Source of the DNA: a virus
Length of the DNA stretch: 64,000 nt
IMG/VR virus record: IMGVR_UViG_3300045988_135886
Strand: one strand, 5' to 3'
Shown here: in pieces, positions 1 through 8,466 of the stretch
How the letters are laid out: the number at the start of each line of letters is the position of its first letter
Numbering within the stretch: the first letter of the stretch is position 1
Notes under the pieces: model-generated
The model's input: the letters and a program-made list of their open reading frames with translations, nothing else
What the model was told of the DNA's origin: nothing
The model's database searches: none
Program-made: the position numbers and the translations under genes

Positions 1-61
1 CTAAGGCTGGATTAATAATTCTCTGCATAGGTTTATACCTCCTACAGAGATTATAAATTAT

Positions 62-526
62 CTAGTTCCCTTGTGCAAGTGAAAAGATTCCTGTTTCAGC
101 ATTGTAAAAATATCCTTTGCCTTGATATTTTCTCTGACAGAGATTTTGGAATCTTTCCAAAGACATAAAACTTTCACCGATTAATATTGCTCGATCATCT
201 CCAGCACATCCTACATAGTAACTTTCGCCTAGTACCATTGCCAAGCGTTCCATTGCTCCTGGATAGAATAAAGTTATTGCTCCTTCGTCTCCGACAGAAG
301 TAGTCACTATCCACCATGGATAATCTGATTTTCTCATTTCTGTTGTGTAGAATCCTTCATCTTCATAAGGTTCACCTGTTAATTTCACTTCCATACACTG
401 ACCAATGGAACAAAGAATTCCTGGATACATTTTCTCTAATGACTCAAGATACACTGACTTTCTGTCCTCTGGTGTTTTGAATGAATCATTGCCAGAGAAC
501 TGTTTATATAATACTTCTAAGTTCAT
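62..526 (-). CDS. hypothetical protein (154 aa)
   Basis: Intact ORF. RBS gaaagaagg lies upstream of the ATG, and the gene is tightly packed against its neighbour at 528. No motif recognised. Confidence 0.6.
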   Translation of the reverse strand: MNLEVLYKQFSGNDSFKTPEDRKSVYLESLEKMYPGILCSIGQCMEVKLTGEPYEDEGFYTTEMRKSDYPWWIVTTSVGDEGAITLFYPGAMERLAMVLGESYYVGCAGDDRAILIGESFMSLERFQNLCQRKYQGKGYFYNAETGIFSLAQGN

Positions 527-527
527 A

Positions 528-932
528 TTAATACCTTCTTTCTAAATACCATGTTTCGCTTGCGAAGTGGGCTAAAGCCCCTTCTTCAGCTGCTTCTATT
601 TCTATTGGTTGTCCTTCGCTCACAACAGCCGATTTGATATAATCATCTACTGTTTTGGATGTGCCATTATTAGACACAACACAAGATACTGTGTCACCTA
701 CTGTGAAGCCTTTTCCTTTGTAACTCCAAGTGCGCTTATCAGGAGAAACTATTGAGATACTTCTCCCTGAAACAAAATATACAGTGCCTATCATTGGACG
801 GGTACTGTCTTCTGTAGCTCCTGTAGGCTTTACTACAGCTAATAAAAAAAGGAGTGCTATTAACACTCCTAATAATGAAGGAATTACTACTTCCTTGATT
901 AATTTCTGCTTTACTTTGTCTGCCTTGTTCAT
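528..932 (-). CDS. membrane-anchored hypothetical protein (134 aa)
   Basis: RBS ggagg lies 7 nt before the ATG. N-terminal hydrophobic segment VVIPSLLGVLIALLFLLAVV. Confidence 0.65.
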   Translation of the reverse strand: MNKADKVKQKLIKEVVIPSLLGVLIALLFLLAVVKPTGATEDSTRPMIGTVYFVSGRSISIVSPDKRTWSYKGKGFTVGDTVSCVVSNNGTSKTVDDYIKSAVVSEGQPIEIEAAEEGALAHFASETWYLERRY

Positions 933-1090
933 AATGATTTCCTCCTAGCTGCAATTTCAGCCGAACGTTTTTCATACATTTCCTTGCTGATAGTCTTTTT
1001 AATCCAATATGCTTTGCGAACTTCTTCCCAGATACAGGAAAGTTCGAAGGATGTTTTCGCTTGCGCAATTCTGGTCTTATAATTTTTCAT
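929..1090 (-). CDS. small hypothetical protein (53 aa, MKNYKTRIAQAK...)
   Basis: Not in the ORF track (<60 aa). Strong RBS ggaggaaattact before ATG 1090. Its stop overlaps the ATG of the next gene (ATGA coupling). The listed ORF 739-1068 is in another frame and lacks an RBS. Confidence 0.55.
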   Translation of the reverse strand: MKNYKTRIAQAKTSFELSCIWEEVRKAYWIKKTISKEMYEKRSAEIAARRKSL

Positions 1091-1123
1091 AGTAATTTCC
1101 TCCAATCAAAAAGACAACCGGTA

Positions 1124-1639
1124 TTAAACCGATTGCCTTATTTTCCATTTCATATCTATGTTTCGTACAATAAACGATTCATCAATTAAAAAGAAGAAAT
1201 CTGCATAGTTGAACAGACCAACAATTTCAGCTTCGGTGAACTCTTCTTTTCCTTCTGCTTCCAGAATTTTAACTTCATACGAAGCAATTTCCTTTTTGAG
1301 TTCTTTGATTCGTTTACCTAAGAGGTGTGACATTTTTTCATCTATATCTGAGAGAGATTCTCGGATTTTTCTAAGTTCCCATGTTTTGTTTTCCAGAAAT
1401 TTGATTTCCTTTTCACATACGTCTCTGATCGTGACAACTTCATAAATTGCAGATAAACGTGAGTAGAAAGTTTCTAAAATGAATGCCATATCCTTTGGCT
1501 CGTAGTTAAAAGGGAATAATTCCCCTTTCTGATGCCACAATCCATCAACGAATACATAGGTTTCGCTTCCGAAAATCCCTGTCGTTACTGTGAACTCAAG
1601 AAGTAAATTGTTAAGAACCTGATTAATTAATTTTTCCAT
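1124..1639 (-). CDS. hypothetical protein (171 aa), distant paralog of 2086-2661
   Basis: RBS gggagg. Shares the motif G.E.Y....G.W.....F.F.Y.P with ORF 2086-2661. Confidence 0.65.
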   Translation of the reverse strand: MEKLINQVLNNLLLEFTVTTGIFGSETYVFVDGLWHQKGELFPFNYEPKDMAFILETFYSRLSAIYEVVTIRDVCEKEIKFLENKTWELRKIRESLSDIDEKMSHLLGKRIKELKKEIASYEVKILEAEGKEEFTEAEIVGLFNYADFFFLIDESFIVRNIDMKWKIRQSV

Positions 1640-1653
1640 TGTAGTTTCCTCCC

Positions 1654-2073
1654 TTATGCAAACGTTGTGAATTTGTCACAACGCATTCTCTTCTGGTCTG
1701 GTGCTACACGCTCAAATCCTTCTACAGGTGTCATAGCTGCTACTTCTCCAGGGTATGCCTGTGCAGCTATAATACTACCGACAATCACAAGGGTTCCATT
1801 GGAGAACTGTCTGTTGTAAACAGACTTGATTCTCTCTATTGTTTCTTTACCTTCTTCTGTTCCTACGAACTCTGTCCGGACAAACAGATTAGAGACTTTC
1901 CGCTCTTCTGCCTTGGCATTGATCAGTACAGAAGTAGGTACAGTGATTAGTGTACCATCCATGTCCTGTATTGTTACAGGATGTGGAGTTGTGTTCACTA
2001 CTACTACGTTGTTGCTGAATGCTACGAAGTTGATTCCTTCCAGTTCCTTTGTTGTTTTCTTTAAGTTAATCAT
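1654..2073 (-). CDS. hypothetical protein (139 aa)
   Basis: RBS aggagg before the ATG. Compact operon spacing. Confidence 0.65.
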   Translation of the reverse strand: MINLKKTTKELEGINFVAFSNNVVVVNTTPHPVTIQDMDGTLITVPTSVLINAKAEERKVSNLFVRTEFVGTEEGKETIERIKSVYNRQFSNGTLVIVGSIIAAQAYPGEVAAMTPVEGFERVAPDQKRMRCDKFTTFA

Positions 2074-2085
2074 GATATTTTCCTC

Positions 2086-2661
2086 CTAAAAATTTCCTTC
2101 TATGATGTCCATGTCCACATAATCTACTACTTCGCCTGTGAACAGGTTGATAGTATACTCGTAGTTATCTCCTATCACTGTGATCAGCAGATTTGCTTTG
2201 TGCTTCTGTTTCTTTACAGAAGCTTTCCAGAGAAGAGAGAGTTCGCTTGTTGATGGACACATTAAGTTCGCATATGCGTACTCAAAGATTTCACTGTACC
2301 TAAGAACAAGAACGACAGCTTCCTTCTGCCTTGCTGAAAGACCAGAATACAATGATTTAAAATCATCAAGCTCATTATTCTCAAGCCAGTCTTTCAGAAG
2401 GTCTTTGGCTTCATTAATTGATTGCCTAAATTCTGCCTTGCCTTCTGTAATTTCTACATAGACATTGTTGAGTTCCGCCCATGCTTCATAGTTGGCAATA
2501 TACTGGCAGAACTGTTCTGGTGTGTAGCTGAAAGAAAATTCGTTGAGAACATCTGTCCAGTTTCCATTGTTACAGATGTAGAGTTCTCTGCCTAAAACAG
2601 ATTTCAGCTCTACAGATGTGGTTTTCTTGTTGATGATTCTTGTGTAGATAGTCTTTGTCAT
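2086..2661 (-). CDS. hypothetical protein (191 aa), distant paralog of 1124-1639
   Basis: RBS aggagg. N-terminal region can be aligned by eye to ORF 1124-1639. Confidence 0.65.
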   Translation of the reverse strand: MTKTIYTRIINKKTTSVELKSVLGRELYICNNGNWTDVLNEFSFSYTPEQFCQYIANYEAWAELNNVYVEITEGKAEFRQSINEAKDLLKDWLENNELDDFKSLYSGLSARQKEAVVLVLRYSEIFEYAYANLMCPSTSELSLLWKASVKKQKHKANLLITVIGDNYEYTINLFTGEVVDYVDMDIIEGNF

Positions 2662-2699
2662 AATTTTTCCTCCTGCCTTTTAGAGTGGCATAACTCATA

Positions 2700-3284
2700 T
2701 TATTTTTTTGCTTGTGTTTCAACAACATAGACCTTGCCTGGTCTGCACTTAATCTGTTTAATCTTCATGCCATCTCTACGACGTGCTTCTGGCGTGTCGG
2801 TGTAACCTTCGAAGCTATTAAAGCCCACCGGCGGTAATCTGTGACCTTCGGAATACTTGACAGGTAAACCATGACCGAATACAGGTTTGGAATCTTCTTC
2901 CCATGAGATGTTATAGCCCTGACCGTCAACTCGTGCCTGTGAGTAACAGCCGCTTTTTGAGCCATACATAGGTTGTGGATGCTTCTTCTCACGTGGAAGC
3001 ATGGAAGCTATAGCTCTAGTATCTCTACGACATTTTACAGGTTCTTCACTGATAAAATCAGCAGAGTTCATGAAAGCTATAATGAAATGTCTAATATCTG
3101 GATGGTCTTTAGTAGTGGTGTCTACCCATCTGTAGCCATTCCAGACTTTGAGCCGTGACACTCTGTAATGTGGTCTAATACACACGTAAAGTGTGCCATT
3201 GACATTACCAAAAAGGCTGTAAAGAGGTAACACATAGTTGTGAAAGTTAGTGCCAAAACCTCTGACCTGTGAACATGGTTTCAT
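2700..3284 (-). CDS. hypothetical protein (194 aa)
   Basis: RBS taggagg before the ATG. No motif recognised. Confidence 0.6.
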   Translation of the reverse strand: MKPCSQVRGFGTNFHNYVLPLYSLFGNVNGTLYVCIRPHYRVSRLKVWNGYRWVDTTTKDHPDIRHFIIAFMNSADFISEEPVKCRRDTRAIASMLPREKKHPQPMYGSKSGCYSQARVDGQGYNISWEEDSKPVFGHGLPVKYSEGHRLPPVGFNSFEGYTDTPEARRRDGMKIKQIKCRPGKVYVVETQAKK

Positions 3285-3354
3285 AGTTAATTCCTCCTAT
3301 CATATTGATATGACTACCTACGACCGAAGTCATAGGCAGAGCATATCAGTACGA

Positions 3355-4134
3355 TTAAGCCATACGAGTCTCCATAGATTCCTCTGCTGATACTTTGATA
3401 GCGTCATCTACTGGAATACCTAAGTATTCAAGATAAGACAGAATCAGCTGTCTGGATGCTTCGACTTCTTTACCATAGTTACGCTTTAAGCCCTTAGAGC
3501 CTGCCTGTAATTTACCCCAGATGAATGCACACAAGTTGTTAGCAACCCATGCTGGTGTAGCACCTAATGTGAAGTTTTTATACATGGAATCATCTGTACC
3601 GTCATTGGCAGTATTGAATACTGGTGACATGATGTCTTTACAGAGTTCTTTCACATATTTGAAATCACGTTGTCTATCAGCGTCGAATGACTCAACGTCA
3701 TTGTAAGTAGCCTGATAGTCTTTAGCATTGACATAGAGTGAATGAAAGCCTGTCAGTGTGAATGTACCGCCTGTCTGGAAGTAAGCCCATACATAGACGG
3801 AAGCAATGCGATTGCTAGTAGGCTTAGGGCAGAAACTGTCCTCTGAATATCTTTCAACAAGCTCTGATTTGAAAGTGTCAAGTGCTTCTTTAGCAGACTC
3901 AACTTTAGCGTCAAGGTCAGCTTTTTTAGCCTTAGATACTTCACCCTTTTCAAGGGCTTTTGTTCTTGATGCAACAGCTTTAGAATATTTATCAGACAAC
4001 TGTAAATAGTGCTGTCTGTCGTATTCTAACTGTACATCTTCACCAAACCGCTGTACATTGACAACCTGTTTTGGTGCAAATAACTCTTTCTCATTCTTTC
4101 CTGTGATTGTAATTTTAAAAGTTTTGTTTGACAT
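3355..4134 (-). CDS. hypothetical protein (259 aa from the internal ATG)
   Basis: The ORF track starts at 4173, but ATG 4134 (MSNKTFKITI...) is preceded by caggaggaaattatt. This is the first gene of the leftward block. Confidence 0.6.
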   Translation of the reverse strand: MSNKTFKITITGKNEKELFAPKQVVNVQRFGEDVQLEYDRQHYLQLSDKYSKAVASRTKALEKGEVSKAKKADLDAKVESAKEALDTFKSELVERYSEDSFCPKPTSNRIASVYVWAYFQTGGTFTLTGFHSLYVNAKDYQATYNDVESFDADRQRDFKYVKELCKDIMSPVFNTANDGTDDSMYKNFTLGATPAWVANNLCAFIWGKLQAGSKGLKRNYGKEVEASRQLILSYLEYLGIPVDDAIKVSAEESMETRMA

Positions 4135-4266
4135 AATAATTTCCTCCTGTGGATTTATTTTATTGTTTATCACTTAAAAAAATATATAGTTAGTCCGTAG
4201 ACTGTTAATAAGCATATGTAATATAGACAGCACTCTTGCGCTCTATTACTAGAGATTCCAGACAAT

Positions 4267-4312
4267 CCCATCAAGGTGAAAGTTTGGACGTGGCAAGCTA
4301 CCCATCAAGGTG
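4267..4312. repeat. two copies of the 12-mer cccatcaaggtg, 34 bp apart
   Basis: Exact copies at 4267-4278 and 4301-4312, inside the 285-nt untranslated leader between the 37-codon ORF and gene 4134. On the leftward RNA they read caccuugauggg (anti-SD-like). Confidence 0.5.
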
Positions 4313-4351
4313 TAGACGCACTAACTATATATGATTTCAAGGAACGTACTC

Positions 4352-4380
4352 TTGCATCATGCAAGGCAATATGGTATAAT
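4352..4380 (+). promoter_or_regulatory. sigma-A-type promoter, rightward (TTGCAT-17-TGgTATAAT)
   Basis: -35 ttgcat at 4352-4357, 17-nt spacer, extended -10 tggtataat ending at 4380. No plus-strand coding ORF with an RBS lies downstream before the terminator at 4562. Confidence 0.55.
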
Positions 4381-4420
4381 AGTTACAATAACTGTTTAGG
4401 GTTTAGGGGGCAAAAGCCCC

Positions 4421-4534
4421 CTATGGCTCAAGGTATTCTCTATAGTCACGGTATGAAGCAAAAAGCATATACCGCTGGATAGAGTCCACCCATCCCATGA
4501 ACCCATCTGGAACGTCAAAACCTTTAAGGTTCAT
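4421..4534 (-). CDS. small ORF (37 aa, MNLKGFDVPDGFMGWVDSIQRYMLFASYRDYREYLEP)
   Basis: RBS ggaggtg lies 5 nt before ATG 4534. The stop overlaps hairpin gggggc-aaaa-gccccc (4406-4421). Below the ORF-track size cutoff. Confidence 0.45.
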   Translation of the reverse strand: MNLKGFDVPDGFMGWVDSIQRYMLFASYRDYREYLEP

Positions 4535-4561
4535 GTAATCACCTCCTATTCAGTTATCTCT

Positions 4562-4587
4562 GCCCTTGTTAGCGCAAGGGCTTTTTT
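4562..4587 (+). terminator. rho-independent terminator (plus orientation)
   Basis: 7-bp stem gcccttg/caagggc, 6-nt loop, then tttttt (4582-4587). There is no U-tract in the minus orientation. Confidence 0.65.
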
Positions 4588-4622
4588 GTTACTCAACAAG
4601 TTGTGCTCTTGTTGATGATTGT

Positions 4623-4651
4623 ACTTTACCACAACTGTTTGGTTGTGTCAA
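4623..4651 (-). promoter_or_regulatory. sigma-A-type promoter, leftward (TTGACA-17-TGgTAAAGT)
   Basis: The reverse complement gives ttgaca (4651-4646), a 17-nt spacer, then tggtaaagt. It faces the 4352 promoter. Confidence 0.5.
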
Positions 4652-4762
4652 GTACTTTTTAAAACTTTTTGAAAAAGTTTTATTTACTGTTTTAGGAATT
4701 TTTCTGTGGATTCCAGAACCATTGTTTGAACTTGTCGACCGCCTTTCCTTATCGACACGCTT

Positions 4763-4791
4763 ATCATACTACTGTTACAGTAGGTTGTCAA
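4763..4791 (-). promoter_or_regulatory. sigma-A-type promoter, leftward (TTGACA-17-TATGAT)
   Basis: The reverse complement gives ttgaca (4791-4786), a 17-nt spacer, then tatgat (4768-4763). Confidence 0.5.
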
Positions 4792-4968
4792 TACTTTTTT
4801 TGAAAATATTTTTATTTACACGTTTACGAAAGCCTGCAAACCCGCATAAATACAGGCTTTTTGGCATGAAAAAAAGTTTTTTCGTGAAAAATTACTTCCT
4901 ATTAAAGCGAAAAATAAAGGTCGTCAGGAGCAGGCAGATTGCATACATAGTGTAATACATAGTTGTTA

Positions 4969-5019
4969 GAATATTTAGAATAGATTAAATATTTAGAATA
5001 GTTTAAATATTCAGAATAG
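4969..5019. repeat. three tandem 18-bp direct repeats (core ATATTYAGAATAG)
   Basis: Cores at 4971-4983, 4989-5001 and 5007-5019 with an exact 18-bp period. They lie immediately 3' of the RHH gene and upstream of the leftward promoters. Confidence 0.7.
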
Positions 5020-5037
5020 AGTGTTAATTAGTAAAGT

Positions 5038-5214
5038 TTAATCAATTATATCTGCAATACGTGATTTAATGAAAGTTGCTACTGCAATATTGTTAGAATC
5101 GCAATATTGTTTGAGTTTTTCGTATTCGTCAATACGCAATGCGACACCTATACGTTTTAAGTTCTTTTTATCCCACTCTTTTACATATTTCTTGTTATAT
5201 TCATAATTTGACAT
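5038..5214 (-). CDS. ribbon-helix-helix (CopG/Arc-like) DNA-binding protein (58 aa)
   Basis: Hand-translated: MSNYEYNKKYVKEWDKKNLKRIGVALRIDEYEKLKQYCDSNNIAVATFIKSRIADIID. This fits a beta-strand (KRIGVALR) followed by two helices. RBS aagagg. Below the ORF-track cutoff. Confidence 0.6.
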   Translation of the reverse strand: MSNYEYNKKYVKEWDKKNLKRIGVALRIDEYEKLKQYCDSNNIAVATFIKSRIADIID

Positions 5215-5440
5215 AAATCATAGCCTCTTTTCTATTCAATTTGTTGAGTTGTATATACAATTAAACTTCTAGTAAAAATTATTAGATAATTCAGTGCATA
5301 AGAAAACAATTGTCTGAAACATTGAATTTTAAAGCAAAATTGTATTCACAATCTTAAAAACACTATGGCTCGAGCAGAGAAAACAGACACAATTCAATAC
5401 AATTCGTTATATTGACTGAATACTCTGATTACTTTAGTAC

Positions 5441-5505
5441 TGTAAAATTCTGTAGTGTTATCACTGTAAAATTTTTCAATTGTAAAATTTCAATACTATA
5501 AAATT
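5441..5505. repeat. cluster of four TGTAAAATT-type boxes
   Basis: tgtaaaatt at 5441, 5465 and 5481; tataaaatt at 5497. A fifth copy at 5934-5942 abuts the -35 of the consensus promoter. The 13-mer tgtaaaattctgt is identical at 5441 and 5934. Confidence 0.6.
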
Positions 5506-5945
5506 TTGCTACGGTACGAATGCTACACACTGATTTATTAAAGTATACTAGGGCTATCCACTTTTACACTGTGAAGCCTTGAAAACAGGGCATTTGTAAA
5601 ACGATACATCTTACCATTGCGTATTCCATAGCATTCCTACTACTTCAGTCAGAAACAGTCAAAATCAGCCCGAACTGTTCATATCTGCCCACTAAAGGTT
5701 TGAAAATAAGCATTTTCGCACGTTTTAGACCGGGGGTACTTATGCCCTGAAAGCCTTGAAAACGCAGTGTTTTCCGGGGATGCAGAGCTTTTTTGACACC
5801 AAGTTCAGATTTCGGATCCATGTTCCCAGATTCTCCGATCATCACATCTCTCTCACTCGATTTCCAGATCAGAGTTTCTTCCTTATTATATATGTTTTCC
5901 TGATTCACCTGTTTTTATTTTTCTAAACAAGTTTGTAAAATTCTG

Positions 5946-5974
5946 TTGACATTTTTCATGGTTAATGCTATAAT
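5946..5974 (+). promoter_or_regulatory. consensus sigma-A promoter for the rightward block (TTGACA-17-TGcTATAAT)
   Basis: ttgaca at 5946-5951, exact 17-nt spacer, tataat at 5969-5974 preceded by tgc. Followed by hairpin atccc-gaaa-gggat and RBS caggagg before ATG 6015. Confidence 0.8.
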
Positions 5975-6014
5975 ACACTTATCCCGAAAGGGATAGAAAT
6001 CACAGGAGGCACAT

Positions 6015-6284
6015 ATGAACGACATTACTTTTATTGGAGTCAATCTTACTCAAGAACTCCAGAAACAACTTGATTCTCACAAATCAGCCATTCTATCTAC
6101 TGCACCTCCAGATGCAGTAAAAGGCTACAATCTAGGTGTACAAAACACTCTTCTACTCTTAGACTCACTTCTCTCATCTTTCGAATCCAACGAATTCCTG
6201 ATCAATACTACAGATTCCCACTTAACTGAGTATGACTATGATGAGCTTGAAGCTTTAACCCGTAAACAAGTTTATAAATCATAA
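6015..6284 (+). CDS. hypothetical protein (89 aa)
   Basis: RBS aggagg. First gene after the consensus promoter. Confidence 0.7.
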   Translation: MNDITFIGVNLTQELQKQLDSHKSAILSTAPPDAVKGYNLGVQNTLLLLDSLLSSFESNEFLINTTDSHLTEYDYDELEALTRKQVYKS

Positions 6285-6296
6285 GGAGCATTTTAT

Positions 6297-7397
6297 ATGA
6301 AGACTTTTACTAATACACACACATTACTATACCACACTAATGATTCAATTTCAATCCCTCTCAGATACTCTATCATTGAAGGCACCACATGGTTCATCGG
6401 TAAAGATGTTGCAGCTATCTGTGGTTACAAAGACACCTGGCGAGCTATAAAATACCATGTTTCACCGGAAAATATAGATCATATCATCCTAGATGGCCAT
6501 AAACATATTATTATCAATTTCTCTGGATTCGAACAGTTGGCACCTGACAAGAAGCCAGTAAACTGGTTTGTAAATAATAATATTGCTACTTTTACAGAAG
6601 AAAAATCAGTATCAGAACCCCCAACAGTGTTCACTCACCCACAATTTGGCACTGTCAGAACAGTAGAAATTGATAACGAAGTGTGGTTTGTAGGTAAAGA
6701 TGTAGCAGAAGCTCTAGGTTATTCTGATCCTAGAAGTGCAATTTCAAAGAAGATTGAGAATGAAGATAGAGGTGTTGCTAAAATGGCAACACCTTCCGGA
6801 ACACAGCAGATGACTATCATCAACGAATCCGGTCTCTACTCTCTCATCCTTAGTAGCAAACTTCCATCAGCAAAAGAGTTTAAGCACTGGGTTACGGCAG
6901 AAGTACTCCCATCCATCCGTAAGACAGGGGGCTACGTTAACCCATCACAGTCCGACCTTTTCCTAAACACCTATCTCCCATTTGCGGATCAGAACACTCG
7001 ACTTCTTTTTAAAACTACTCTTGATACTATCCAGCAACAGAACAATACAATTCAGCAGCAGAATCACACTATTTCACATCAGGAAGACATCATTCGTAAT
7101 CTTACATCAGACATTCCATTAGCAGATAAACGTCAGATCCTCAATAGAATTGTACGCTTTGGAGGAAATCCTCATACACGTTGGCCATTCCTCTATAGAG
7201 AGTTCGACAATAAGTTTCATATGAATACTAAAGTACAGCTTGAACATTACAATGAGACACATAAGCCTAAGTTGCAGAATCGTTTAGATTACATAGAGCA
7301 CATTGGAATGTTTAATGATCTAGCTGAGATTGCATGTGTAATCTTCGGTCCAGACATCGAAAAGCTGTCTGCTCAGTATTATGAAATATGCAAGTAA
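6297..7397 (+). CDS. Bro-N domain protein (antirepressor-like), two Bro-N-like segments
   Basis: WFIGKDVAAICGY... and VWFVGKDVAEALGYSDPRSAISKKIENEDRGVAKMATPSGTQQMTIINESGLYSLILSSKLPSAKEFKHWVTAEVLPSIRKTGGY match the Bro-N signature. Confidence 0.75.
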   Translation: MKTFTNTHTLLYHTNDSISIPLRYSIIEGTTWFIGKDVAAICGYKDTWRAIKYHVSPENIDHIILDGHKHIIINFSGFEQLAPDKKPVNWFVNNNIATFTEEKSVSEPPTVFTHPQFGTVRTVEIDNEVWFVGKDVAEALGYSDPRSAISKKIENEDRGVAKMATPSGTQQMTIINESGLYSLILSSKLPSAKEFKHWVTAEVLPSIRKTGGYVNPSQSDLFLNTYLPFADQNTRLLFKTTLDTIQQQNNTIQQQNHTISHQEDIIRNLTSDIPLADKRQILNRIVRFGGNPHTRWPFLYREFDNKFHMNTKVQLEHYNETHKPKLQNRLDYIEHIGMFNDLAEIACVIFGPDIEKLSAQYYEICK

Positions 7398-7501
7398 ATT
7401 TTGATTCTACAGTGAGAGGCTTACAACTTTACAGTGAGCCTCTTACAAAAGAAATTTGATCCATATACTCAAATAAAACCATTATATAGGGGGTAAGAAA
7501 G

Positions 7502-8347
7502 TTGATTGACACCACAAAAATTTTACCGGGTCAAGAATTTAAAAATATGCAGGAACTGTCAGTAGCTCTTACTGGTCAGAAGATGCCTGCCGGAAACAGA
7601 TATGTTGTCAGAGTCAATGAAATGAAGAAGTATCTTTCATGGGATAAGATTCCTGGAAGCAACAGAATTATTATTACTGATGTTCATGCTAAACAAGAAA
7701 ATAAATATATTCCAAGAGGTAGATATAATTCACAGATTTTGTCCAATATGAAATATTTAGAATTAAATAAAAAATATACTATCTATGATTTATACGAATT
7801 GCTCGGTATGACAAGTGAACGTTTTACTAAACCTAAGTATTTTTTAGATAGCGTGAACAATACAAAGTTGTCTTTGTCTACTTATAGGTACTTCTATAAA
7901 AAGTTAAATGCTACTCTCACACAAATGTTATATATTAACTTAAATATATTCGCTGAAAAAGGATGCATCTCTTACTATAGAGATTATTCATATGAGTTTG
8001 AAAAAGGTTATAAACCTGTAGATATACCAAAAGGTTATATGGAAAGTGTTAAACAAGAAGCTTTGGCACAATTTTCTTATGATAATGAATGGTCTGTAAT
8101 TCATAGCTCCAAGAGTCAGGAATACAAGGATTATATTTTAAAGAAATTGTCGCCTTATCATGTTAAACATTTCAATAGATGTTTTGTTTTTACTGATATA
8201 AAAGAATTCATTCAATTGCCTGAGGCCAATAAAACAGCAATGAATAAGTTAATTTTGGAAAAGTTAACCAATTATAGCCATCATTTTGAACCATGTAATC
8301 AGAAAAAAATTCAATCCATTATTTTTTCCACTGTTCCCCTTCAATAG
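7502..8347 (+). CDS. hypothetical protein (281 aa), TTG start
   Basis: RBS agggggtaag precedes TTG 7502. No motif recognised. Confidence 0.55.
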   Translation: MIDTTKILPGQEFKNMQELSVALTGQKMPAGNRYVVRVNEMKKYLSWDKIPGSNRIIITDVHAKQENKYIPRGRYNSQILSNMKYLELNKKYTIYDLYELLGMTSERFTKPKYFLDSVNNTKLSLSTYRYFYKKLNATLTQMLYINLNIFAEKGCISYYRDYSYEFEKGYKPVDIPKGYMESVKQEALAQFSYDNEWSVIHSSKSQEYKDYILKKLSPYHVKHFNRCFVFTDIKEFIQLPEANKTAMNKLILEKLTNYSHHFEPCNQKKIQSIIFSTVPLQ

Positions 8348-8367
8348 AGCGAAAGGCGAAGCCTGAG

Positions 8368-8466
8368 GTCTGAACACATGAAAGTTTTTTCAGCGCTACT
8401 TTCTACACTCGGCGGTTAAGCGCCTCGCCTAAAGCAGCTGCTTCTGAAAAAATTTTGCGTTCAGAC
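8368..8466 (+). terminator. long compound hairpin followed by a T-rich tract (terminator or attenuator-like element)
   Basis: Outer stem gtctgaac (8368-8375) / gttcagac (8459-8466). Second stem ttttttcag (8385-8393) / ctgaaaaaa (8444-8452). GC-rich inner hairpins. Followed by gttgattgtttttgtt. Confidence 0.45.

Noticed and set aside
1-28. Start of a further minus-strand gene running off the left edge (RBS ggaggta, ATG at 28).
   Set aside because: Only nine codons are visible, which is too little to annotate.
739-1068. Listed 109-aa minus-strand ORF.
   Set aside because: It has no RBS and overlaps the well-supported genes 528-932 and 929-1090 in another frame.
4276-4955. Listed plus-strand ORFs 4276-4482 and 4566-4955 in the switch region.
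   Set aside because: They have no RBS and low-complexity, hydrophobic AT-rich translations. They span promoter, terminator and hairpin elements, so I treat them as non-coding.
4969-5019. CRISPR-like array (this repeat set and the 4 x 33-nt repeat at 54521-54652).
   Set aside because: The units are contiguous without spacers. There are only 3-4 copies, one set is coding, and no cas genes are present.
5645-5908. Listed 87-aa minus-strand ORF. The region also contains two or three copies of (G)CCTTGAAAAC-like sequence (5575-5590, about 5695, 5748-5765).
   Set aside because: GTG start with no RBS (aaaaacagGTG). The repeats are short and imperfect. I could not support either a gene or a defined element, though the region is unusually GC-rich for an intergenic stretch.
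6297-7397. A lysogeny module inferred from the Bro-N antirepressor.
   Set aside because: No integrase, CI-like repressor or att-like sequence is visible in the window, so temperate versus virulent lifestyle cannot be decided from this fragment.
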